DNA of 64,000 nt from Escherichia coli (GTDB taxonomy: Bacteria; Pseudomonadota; Gammaproteobacteria; Enterobacterales; Enterobacteriaceae). The position numbers were made by a program, and so were the translations under genes. The notes below the pieces were generated by a model. The model made no database searches. It saw nothing but the letters and a program-made list of their open reading frames with translations, and was not told where the DNA came from. This document shows positions 55,898-64,000 of the stretch, piece by piece. Every line of letters begins with the position of its first letter. The stretch's first letter is position 1. Location: assembly GCF_050920415.1 (NCBI RefSeq), contig NZ_CP169309.1, one strand, 5' to 3'.

Positions 55898-55917
55898 CGT
55901 AGTGCATCAGGCAATTT

Positions 55918-57171
55918 TTAATGACTTTCAGCCCAGGCGCGTTCAATCTCTTCCGCCAGAATCTTCACCCCCGCTTCAATTTTATCCGGCTCCGGCACGT
56001 AGTTCATACGCATACATTGATGTGTATGTGGCCACGGTTTATCCAGCCCTGGGAAGAAGTTGTGCCCCGGCACCATCAGCACGCCCCGTGCTTTCAGGCG
56101 CTGGTAGAGCTGCTCGGTCGTAATTGGCAAATCCTTAAACCATAGCCAGAGGAAAATGGCTCCTTCCGGTTTATGAATCAGGCAGCGATCTTCCGGTAAA
56201 TAGCGGCGAATGATAGCGATAGTTTCCTGAACACGTTGGTAGTAAAACGGTTTGATGACTGTTTCAGACAGGCGCAGCAGATCGTTACGCTTAATCATTT
56301 CACACATCATCGCTGGACCAATACCGCCAGGTGCCAGGCTGATAATGCCGTTCATATTGGTGATGGCGGTGATGATTTTTTCATTGGCGATGATAATGCC
56401 GCAGCGGGAGCCTGGTAGACCCAGCTTGGAAAGACTCATGCACAGTACGATATTCGGATTCCACAGCGGGCGCGCTTCGCTGAAGATGATCCCCGGGAAC
56501 GGGACGCCATAAGCGTTATCAATCACCAGCGGAATGCCGTGCTGATTCGCCAGTGCGTCCAGTTTCAATAATTCTTCGTCAGTAATCACATTGCCTGTTG
56601 GATTCGTCGGTCGGGAGACGCAAATCATCCCGGTTTCTTCGCCAATATGCAGATGCTCAAAATCGACGTGGTATTTAAACTGGCCTTCCGGCAGCAGTTC
56701 AATATTCGGACGCGCAGAGACAAACAGATCTTCTTCCAGTCCGGCGTCAGCGTAGCCAATGTATTCCGGTGCCAGCGGGAACAGCACTTTTTTGACCCGA
56801 CCATCGGCACGGCGTCCGGCGAACAGATTAAATAAGTAGAAAAACGCGCTCTGGCTGCCGTTTGTTAGTGCAATATTCTGTGGTTCGATATCCCAACCCA
56901 ACTTCTCGCGTAGCATTCCGGCAAGCAGTGTGAGTAGCTCCGTTTTCCCCTGTGGACCGTCGTAATTGCACAGTGCATCAGTCGCTTTGCCACTTTCCAG
57001 CATGTCGGTCAGTAGCGTCTGGAAGTAGTCCTGCATTTCCGGGATCTGCGCTGGATTACCGCCGCCGAGCATAATCGCGCCAGGCGTGCGTAAACCGTCG
57101 TTCAGATCTTCCATCAGCAGCGTAATGCCGGAGTGGCGGGTAAATTTGTCACCAAAAAGGGAGAATGTCAT
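55918..57171 (-). CDS. avtA: Valine-pyruvate aminotransferase (417 aa)
   Basis: Start at MTFSLFGDKF (ATG 57169-57171); class I aminotransferase with PLP-lysine context SLSKLGLPG. Confidence 0.85.
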   Translation of the reverse strand: MTFSLFGDKFTRHSGITLLMEDLNDGLRTPGAIMLGGGNPAQIPEMQDYFQTLLTDMLESGKATDALCNYDGPQGKTELLTLLAGMLREKLGWDIEPQNIALTNGSQSAFFYLFNLFAGRRADGRVKKVLFPLAPEYIGYADAGLEEDLFVSARPNIELLPEGQFKYHVDFEHLHIGEETGMICVSRPTNPTGNVITDEELLKLDALANQHGIPLVIDNAYGVPFPGIIFSEARPLWNPNIVLCMSLSKLGLPGSRCGIIIANEKIITAITNMNGIISLAPGGIGPAMMCEMIKRNDLLRLSETVIKPFYYQRVQETIAIIRRYLPEDRCLIHKPEGAIFLWLWFKDLPITTEQLYQRLKARGVLMVPGHNFFPGLDKPWPHTHQCMRMNYVPEPDKIEAGVKILAEEIERAWAESH

Positions 57172-57348
57172 AGCGGGATATCTGTCGAACTCTGTAGCAA
57201 GGAAGGTAACAATAACGCTACATTTGCTGGGGTGCAAATCGGTCTGTTGAAGTGGGAGCGGTGCTTTATCCTGCAACGCTGATTAGGGCTGACATTTTAT
57301 CCTGGTTGGCGGCTTCCCGATGTACTCACGAACGGGAAGCCGGAAACG

Positions 57349-59379
57349 TTACTGTTGCCCCGCCCAGACGACCAGCACTTTATCGTCGTCATGCTCACGA
57401 ACAAAGCCGTAGCCCTGCTTCAGCGAAAGTGTCGTTTGTTTGCCCGCGCCAATTGCGGGATGGCGGGCGCGGAACTGGCTGATTTTCTGCCAGTGCGCGA
57501 CGCTAGCGGCAGATTTACCGCTAACATCCTGCCAGTTCATATCCGAACGCGTGCCTTGCAGCGGATCAGAACCGGTAGGACCGAACGGACGAGAGGATTC
57601 ATCACCATAAAAGATTTGTACTGCACCTGGCGCTAATAACAATAACTCTGCTGCTTTGTCGCCCCCTTCACGAAACAAACGAGTATCATGCGACGAAAGA
57701 TAGCTCAACACGTTGAAATCCTGCAATTTCTCTGCCATTTGCTGCCAGGTCGTATCCATCTGCGCCAGACAATCGACTGCTTTAGCCGCCTGCTCCTGAT
57801 AATCGAAATTGATCATCGCATCGAAGCCGTGGCGATAGTAGTCACTTTGCATCACGCCGTGGCCCCAGGCTTCACCGGTCATCCAGAACGGTTTGTCATC
57901 TAACGCTTTATCGGGATTCGCTTTTTTCCATTCGACAAGCGCGGCGCTGGCTTCGGTTTTCAGTTGCTGCCAGGCGGGCAACTCAACATGCTTGGCGGTA
58001 TCGACCCGAAAACCATCAATTCCGTAGTCACGGACCCACTGGCTTAACCAATGGGTTAAGTAATCTCGAGGGGTAAAGCCGTCAATGGCTTTAGCGTGGG
58101 TATCCGTTTTGTTGTTATAGAACACTGGCAGGCCAGAAGCGGTAGTTGATTCGGTTTTGATATCCGGTAAAAAGGCCAGCGACATGGTGAGATCGTCAAA
58201 TCCAGGATTGTCGTAGTCGCCGATATCCGTTCTGATCCAGTTTTTTCCCCACCATTTATCCCAGCCTGTTTTGTCGCTGAAATTAATGTAATCGTTAAAG
58301 CTATGCCAGGTTTGTCCGGCGGCGGGCTTCCAGTCGCTCCAACGGTCACCTAACGTTTTTTTCACTTCGTCACCAGAAAGATATAACGCGCCAAACTGAT
58401 ACTCCTGCATATCCGCCAGTGTGGCATAGCCGGTGTGGTTCATCACGACATCAAAGAGAATACGAATACCGCGCTGATGCGCGCTATCAACCAGCGTCCG
58501 TAGATCGGCTTCGCTGCCCATATTGGCATCAAGATTCGTCCAGTCCTGGGTGTAATAACCGTGGTAGGCATAATGCGGGAAATCGCCTTTTGTACCGCCA
58601 CCGACCCAGCCGTGAATTTGCTCAAATGGGGCACTTATCCATAAAGCATTGACGCCCAGCTGCTGGAGGTAATCCAGTTTGTTGGTCAGGCCGCGTAAAT
58701 CGCCGCCGTGAAAAGTGCCAATTTCTGCCATACCGTCTTTATGACGTCCGTAACTCTGGTCATTACTGGGATCGCCGTTTTCGAAACGATCTGTCAGCAC
58801 GAAGTAAACCGTGGCGTTATGCCAGTCGAAAGGGGCGGATGTGTCAGTTTCTGCCCGTTCCAGCAGGAGTAAACCGTTGCTGGTGGCAGCGGGTTGTAAC
58901 GTTATTTGACCGTTCTTCACTATCGCAATTTGCTGGCTGTAATAATCCCGGACTGCGGCTCCCTCCGGAAAAGTGGCGCTGACATCCAGTGTGAGCGGTA
59001 ATCCATCCCATTTCGGGCATTCACGGACCAGGCTTGCTACCGGTTCGACGGTGTTCTGGATGGAAATCATCAATGTTGGTGTACCGGAGCGGGTGTCTAG
59101 TTGCAGCGTATATTCGCCGTCCCTGAACAATCGCCATTGAGGTGGCGTGTTGCTACAAGGTTGCAGGGAAAGCATCTGATTGAGTTTTATCGCATCCGCA
59201 GGCTGCCAGCACTGTTGGTCAAAATTTAGCGTTAGTGGACGCGTACCTTTGGGCAACTGCGCGTGGCTGACAAATGTTCCCGTTCCCTGTTCGCTAAAGG
59301 CAGGGAACCCCGGAGAAGTCCAGCTGGCGGCAACGGCGAAGCCAGGAAGGAGTGTCAGAAAACAGGCGGCGAGTTTCAT
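57349..59379 (-). CDS. malS: Periplasmic alpha-amylase (676 aa)
   Basis: Signal peptide MKLAACFLTLLPGFAVA; GH13 catalytic regions (GFRVDTAKH; FVDNHD-like SSHD). Confidence 0.9.
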   Translation of the reverse strand: MKLAACFLTLLPGFAVAASWTSPGFPAFSEQGTGTFVSHAQLPKGTRPLTLNFDQQCWQPADAIKLNQMLSLQPCSNTPPQWRLFRDGEYTLQLDTRSGTPTLMISIQNTVEPVASLVRECPKWDGLPLTLDVSATFPEGAAVRDYYSQQIAIVKNGQITLQPAATSNGLLLLERAETDTSAPFDWHNATVYFVLTDRFENGDPSNDQSYGRHKDGMAEIGTFHGGDLRGLTNKLDYLQQLGVNALWISAPFEQIHGWVGGGTKGDFPHYAYHGYYTQDWTNLDANMGSEADLRTLVDSAHQRGIRILFDVVMNHTGYATLADMQEYQFGALYLSGDEVKKTLGDRWSDWKPAAGQTWHSFNDYINFSDKTGWDKWWGKNWIRTDIGDYDNPGFDDLTMSLAFLPDIKTESTTASGLPVFYNNKTDTHAKAIDGFTPRDYLTHWLSQWVRDYGIDGFRVDTAKHVELPAWQQLKTEASAALVEWKKANPDKALDDKPFWMTGEAWGHGVMQSDYYRHGFDAMINFDYQEQAAKAVDCLAQMDTTWQQMAEKLQDFNVLSYLSSHDTRLFREGGDKAAELLLLAPGAVQIFYGDESSRPFGPTGSDPLQGTRSDMNWQDVSGKSAASVAHWQKISQFRARHPAIGAGKQTTLSLKQGYGFVREHDDDKVLVVWAGQQ

Positions 59380-59766
59380 GGCGGATGAGTCCTTATTGCT
59401 GCGATTTCAGACAGTTTGCCAGCGATAAGCCAGACAAAACTCATCCCTGAGCGGTAAGTCCACAGGATGAGAAGCAAGGGTGAGCGATCGCGCGCAAAAA
59501 ACGGCCGAATTTTGCGATAAACCCCACATTTTCTGCGATTTAGCGCCAATCTGAATCGTTAACACGTGACATAGTTTCAGATTTGGACTATTCCTTGGGG
59601 TGCTCTTGACGGCTATTTTTGATATGATTTGAGATTCAACTCTCAAATTTGTGAAAAATATAAGGTGTTGGAATGTAGACTGGCCCCCTGAATCTCCAGA
59701 CAACCAGTATCACTTAAATAAGTGATAGTCTTAATACTAGTTTTTAGACTAGTCATTGGAGAACAG

Positions 59767-60132
59767 ATGATTGATGTCTTAGGGCCGGAGAAACGCAGAC
59801 GGCGTACCACACAGGAAAAGATCGCAATTGTTCAGCAGAGCTTTGAACCGGGGATGACGGTCTCCCTCGTTGCCCGGCAACATGGTGTAGCAGCCAGCCA
59901 GTTATTTCTCTGGCGTAAGCAATACCAGGAAGGAAGTCTTACTGCTGTCGCCGCCGGAGAACAGGTTGTTCCTGCCTCTGAACTTGCTGCCGCCATGAAG
60001 CAGATTAAAGAACTCCAGCGCCTGCTCGGCAAGAAAACGATGGAAAATGAACTCCTCAAAGAAGCCGTTGAATATGGACGGGCAAAAAAGTGGATAGCGC
60101 ACGCGCCCTTATTGCCCGGGGATGGGGAGTAA
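59767..60132 (+). CDS. insC: IS2 OrfA (InsC-like), 121 aa
   Basis: [53 protein letters not shown]... (HTH plus leucine zipper). Confidence 0.85.
60084..60090 (+). other. IS2 programmed -1 ribosomal frameshift heptamer (AAAAAAG)
   Basis: aaaaaag at 60084-60090, in the orfA/orfB overlap. Confidence 0.6.
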
Positions 60133-60995
60133 GCTTAGTCAGCCGTTGTCTCCGGGTGTCGCGTGCGCAGTTGCACGTCATTCTCAGACGAACCGATGAC
60201 TGGATGGATGGCCGCCGCAGTCGTCACACTGATGATACGGATGTGCTTCTCCGTATACACCATGTTATCGGAGAGCTGCCCACGTATGGTTATCGTCGGG
60301 TATGGGCGCTGCTTCGCAGACAGGCAGAACTTGATGGTATGCCTGCGATCAATGCCAAACGTGTTTACCGGATCATGCGCCAGAATGCGCTGTTGCTTGA
60401 GCGAAAACCTGCTGTACCGCCATCGAAACGGGCACATACAGGCAGAGTGGCCGTGAAAGAAAGCAATCAGCGATGGTGCTCTGACGGGTTCGAGTTCTGC
60501 TGTGATAACGGAGAGAGACTGCGTGTCACGTTCGCGCTGGACTGCTGTGATCGTGAGGCACTGCACTGGGCGGTGACTACTGGCGGCTTCAACAGTGAAA
60601 CAGTACAGGACGTCATGCTGGGAGCGGTGGAACGCCGCTTCGGCAACGATCTTCCGTCGTCTCCAGTGGAGTGGCTGACGGATAATGGTTCATGCTACCG
60701 GGCTAATGAAACACGCCAGTTCGCCCGGATGTTGGGACTTGAACCGAAGAACACGGCGGTGCGGAGTCCGGAGAGTAACGGAATAGCAGAGAGCTTCGTG
60801 AAAACGATAAAGCGTGACTACATCAGTATCATGCCCAAACCAGACGGGTTAACGGCAGCAAAGAACCTTGCAGAGGCGTTCGAGCATTATAACGAATGGC
60901 ATCCGCATAGTGCGCTGGGTTATCGCTCGCCACGGGAATATCTGCGGCAGCGGGCTTGTAATGGGTTAAGTGATAACAGATGTCTGGAAATATAG
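60090..60995 (+). CDS. insD: IS2 OrfB (InsD-like) DDE transposase, 301 aa, normally expressed as an OrfAB fusion by -1 frameshifting
   Basis: DDE catalytic core (...WCSDGFEF...LTDNGSCY...E at [12 protein letters not shown]); overlaps orfA in the -1 frame. Confidence 0.85.
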
Positions 60996-61034
60996 GGGCA
61001 AATCCAGAATGATTAAATCCGACCAGGAGACCTG

Positions 61035-61859
61035 ATGATTTTGACTCCCATACGACGATATGGGGCGATGATTCTTATGTTACTCACTCTGGTGTTTTCG
61101 AGTGAGGTGTTAGCGAAGACGCACACAACAACAGCGAGTCAAAAGTCCCACTTAACTAAAGCTAGTAATAAACAGGTAAGCAGTAAACAAGAGTATTCTC
61201 GCAATAGTGCAAAGAGTAGTTCACTTCCTGATTTGCGAAAATACCCTTCCGGAACACCAAGGAAAAAAGCGTTTCTCCGGACCGTAATGCCTTACATTAC
61301 CAGCCAAAATGCGGCCATTACTGCGGAACGTAACTGGCTCATTTCAAAACAGTATCAGGGCCAATGGTCACCTGCTGAGCGTGCGCGTCTGAAAGACATC
61401 GCCAAACGCTACAAGGTGAAGTGGTCCGGTAATACGCGAAAAATCCCGTGGAATACCTTGCTTGAACGCGTAGACATTATTCCTACCAGTATGGTGGCGA
61501 CGATGGCTGCAGCAGAAAGCGGTTGGGGAACGTCGAAGCTGGCGCGTAGCAACAACAACCTATTCGGCATGAAGTGCATGAAAGGACGTTGTACCAATGC
61601 GCCGGGTAAAGTGAAGGGGTACTCACAGTTCAGTTCTGTCAAAGAATCGGTGAGCGCCTATGTCACTAACCTGAATACTCACCCGGCTTACTCTTCGTTC
61701 CGTAAATCGCGTGCACAGCTGCGTAAAGCGGATCAGGAAGTGACTGCCACAGCGATGATTCACAAGCTGAAGGGCTACTCGACCAAAGGGAAGAGTTATA
61801 ACAACTACCTGTTCGCAATGTACCAGGATAACCAACGGTTAATCGCGGCGCATATGTAA
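61035..61859 (+). CDS. bax: Bax protein (glucosaminidase-domain protein), 274 aa
   Basis: N-terminal signal/TM segment, 274 aa, K-12 syntenic position between malS and xylR. Confidence 0.8.
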   Translation: MILTPIRRYGAMILMLLTLVFSSEVLAKTHTTTASQKSHLTKASNKQVSSKQEYSRNSAKSSSLPDLRKYPSGTPRKKAFLRTVMPYITSQNAAITAERNWLISKQYQGQWSPAERARLKDIAKRYKVKWSGNTRKIPWNTLLERVDIIPTSMVATMAAAESGWGTSKLARSNNNLFGMKCMKGRCTNAPGKVKGYSQFSSVKESVSAYVTNLNTHPAYSSFRKSRAQLRKADQEVTATAMIHKLKGYSTKGKSYNNYLFAMYQDNQRLIAAHM

Positions 61860-61872
61860 TTGCATTTCCTCG

Positions 61873-61910
61873 AGCCTTATCCGACTTGTCAGTCGGATAA
61901 GGCTTTTGCT
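61873..61910 (+). terminator. Rho-independent terminator after bax
   Basis: agccttatccgac / gtcggataaggct stem with a 6-nt loop, followed by tttt. Confidence 0.6.
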
Positions 61911-61966
61911 CGCATCAGGTGGTTGTGCTGAGTTACCTGATGCGACGCCGACAATTCTCATCATCG

Positions 61967-63145
61967 CTACAACATGACCTCGCTATTTACATCGCGATAC
62001 TCTTTTGGTGTCGTGTCATATGCTTTTTTAAAAACAGAGTAGAAATATTGCAGCGATGGATAACCGCACATTTGCGATATCTCATTGATCGACAAGGTGG
62101 TTGAAATCAGCAGACTGCGCGCTTTCTCCAACTTCTCGGCATGAATCATGGCATGGATGGTTTCACCCACCTCTTCTTTAAAACGCTTCTCAAGATTGGA
62201 GCGCGAGATCCCGACCGCATCGAGTACCTGATCCACTTTAATCTCTTTACAGGCGTGATTACGAATGTAATGCATGGCCTGAATAACGGCGGGATCGGTC
62301 AGCGAGCGGTAATCTGTTGAGCGCCGTTCAATGACGCGAACTGGTGGGACCAAAATCCGCTGTAGCGGCATTTCTTCTTTATCTAATAATCGATGCAACA
62401 GTTTTGCCGCCTGATATCCCATTTGCCGTGCGCCCTGAGCGACCGAAGAAAGGGCGACACGCGATAGATAGCGGGTCAGTTCTTCGTTATCGATGCCAAT
62501 CACACATAATTTTTCCGGCACAGGAATATGCAGATGTTCGCATACTTGCAAAATGTGCCGCGCCCGGGCGTCGGTAACGGCAATGATCCCGGTTTGCGGC
62601 GGCAGCGTTTGTAGCCAGTCTGCCAGCCGATTTTGTGCGTGTTGCCAGTTCTCTGGCGCTGTTTCTAACCCCTGATAAACCACTCCGCGATACTTTTCTT
62701 CGGCGACAAGCTGACGGAAAGCATATTCGCGTTCAGTGGCCCAACGTTTGCCGCTTGATTCCGGAAGACCATAAAAAGCAAAGCGGTTAACGCCTTTCTC
62801 TTTTAAATGCAAAAATGCGCTTTCAACCAGCGCATAGTTATCGGTGGCAATGTAATGAACGGGTGGGTAACTTTCGGCAAGGTGATACGAGCCACCAACC
62901 CCAACAATGGGGACGTCGACGTTAGCCAGCGCTTGCTCGATTTGTTTGTCGTCGAAGTCGGCAATGACGCCATCTCCTAACCAGTCCTTGATTTTATCAA
63001 TGCGGGCGCGGAAATCTTCTTCAATGAAAATATCCCATTCCGATTGTGACGCCTGTAAATATTCCCCTACGCCTTCTACTACCTGCCGGTCATAGGCTTT
63101 ATTGGCATTGAACAGTAATGTGATGCGGTGACGTTTAGTAAACAT
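61967..63145 (-). CDS. xylR: Xylose operon transcriptional activator XylR (392 aa)
   Basis: Periplasmic-binding-protein-like N-domain plus C-terminal AraC HTH (...EISQMCGYPSLQYFYSVFKKAYDTTPKEYR). Confidence 0.9.
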   Translation of the reverse strand: MFTKRHRITLLFNANKAYDRQVVEGVGEYLQASQSEWDIFIEEDFRARIDKIKDWLGDGVIADFDDKQIEQALANVDVPIVGVGGSYHLAESYPPVHYIATDNYALVESAFLHLKEKGVNRFAFYGLPESSGKRWATEREYAFRQLVAEEKYRGVVYQGLETAPENWQHAQNRLADWLQTLPPQTGIIAVTDARARHILQVCEHLHIPVPEKLCVIGIDNEELTRYLSRVALSSVAQGARQMGYQAAKLLHRLLDKEEMPLQRILVPPVRVIERRSTDYRSLTDPAVIQAMHYIRNHACKEIKVDQVLDAVGISRSNLEKRFKEEVGETIHAMIHAEKLEKARSLLISTTLSINEISQMCGYPSLQYFYSVFKKAYDTTPKEYRDVNSEVML

Positions 63146-63222
63146 GGTTCTTTTCCTGCTGAATCATGCAAAAACTCAAAACCGGTAATACGTTACCGGC
63201 TTTGAGAAAATTTTTATCAAAA

Positions 63223-64000
63223 TCAAGAACGGCGTTTGGTTGCGGAGTCCATCCATACTGCCAGCAACAGAATCGCACCTTTAACGATATACTGCCAGAA
63301 GGTCGGTACATCCATCATACTCATGCCGTTATCCAGTGAAGCCATGATGAATGCCCCCATTACTGCTCCGGCCACGCTCCCGACTCCGCCTGCCAGGCTG
63401 GTTCCGCCAATCACGCAGGCGGCAATTGCGTCCAGCTCAGCGATATTCCCCGCAGAAGGTGAACCTGCGCCAAGGCGTGAACTAAGGATTAACCCAGCGA
63501 TAGCGACCATTAATCCGTTAATAGCGAATACGGCAAGTTTGGTGCGTTCAACGTTAATCCCGGAGAGACGTGCCGCTTCCAGATTGCCGCCGATGGCATA
63601 AATGCGTCTTCCAAATGCCGTCCGCGTTGCCATAAACATTCCGCCGAGTAACAGCAACGTCAGCAGCAGTACAGGAGTGGGAACGCCACGGTAATCATTC
63701 AAAAGCCAGATTGCGCCTAAGACGATAATCGCCGTTAATGCCTGGCGGCCGACAACTGCGGTAGAGGCCGGAGACTGCAAACCCAAAGCCTGACGGCGCA
63801 TTCTTCCGCGCCATTGCCAGCCAACAAAAGCCATTAAGCCAAGCGCGCCAATGATGAAGCCGGTGCTGGCAGGTAGATAGCTTTGCCCAATTTGTGACAT
63901 CGCGGCACTGGTGGGGGAAACCGTCGTGCCGTTGGTGATGCCAATGAGTATGCCGCGAAATGCCAACATGCCCGCAAGGGTGACAATAAATGAAGGGACT
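63223..64000 (-). CDS. xylH: Xylose ABC transporter permease, C-terminal part (gene runs off the window end)
   Basis: Polytopic membrane protein with the ABC-permease EAA-like loop; downstream of xylR by synteny. Confidence 0.8.

Larger units (their letters stand above)
59675..61006 (+). mobile_element. IS2 (IS3 family), 1332 bp, with 5-bp target duplication GAATG
   Basis: Left end tagactggccccctgaatctccagacaacc and right end ...tataggggcaaatcca match IS2 ends as I recall them; GAATG at 59670-59674 and 61007-61011. Confidence 0.85.

Noticed and set aside
61911-61943. Second hairpin (gcatcaggt...acctgatgc) as a terminator for xylR
   Set aside because: It is not followed by a U-run on the xylR strand and resembles a REP-like palindrome; only the bax-side hairpin with a T-run is called as a terminator.

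Overview
This 64-kb window is enterobacterial chromosome, almost certainly Escherichia coli but not K-12. It matches the K-12 xylH-xylR-bax-malS-avtA-ysaA-yiaJKLMNO-lyxK-sgbHUE-yiaTUVW-aldB-yiaY-selBA-yibF-(rhsA locus)-yibHI-mtlADR-yibT-yibL-lldP segment, read in reverse orientation. The conserved backbone is interrupted by several accessory insertions. (1) Where K-12 carries rhsA, between yibF and yibH, there is an auxiliary type VI secretion island: two vgrG genes, each followed by a candidate effector and a signal-peptide-bearing candidate immunity gene, plus an orphan toxin fragment flanked by H-repeat (ISAs1-like) remnants. No T6SS core genes (hcp, tss) are in the window. (2) A 1658-aa trimeric autotransporter adhesin with a SadB-like lipoprotein gene sits between lldP and yibL. 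(3) A hicA/hicB-like toxin-antitoxin pair and a small membrane protein lie between aldB and yiaW. (4) A GH127-like hydrolase, a GPH-family transporter and an AraC-type regulator lie between yiaT and sgbE. (5) Three insertion sequences are present: an IS21-family element splitting yibH (4-bp duplication), an IS621-like IS110-family element inserted in a REP with a frameshifted recombinase and a structured upstream region that could encode a bridge RNA, and an IS2 between malS and bax (5-bp duplication). yiaO carries an in-frame amber stop. The most interesting part is the T6SS island: one effector combines an M23-like region, a canonical EF-hand loop and a GH19-like domain, and the other has an HExxH zincin motif. 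All calls come from reading the translations and recalled family signatures; no database search was run, and family names for the effectors are inferences.
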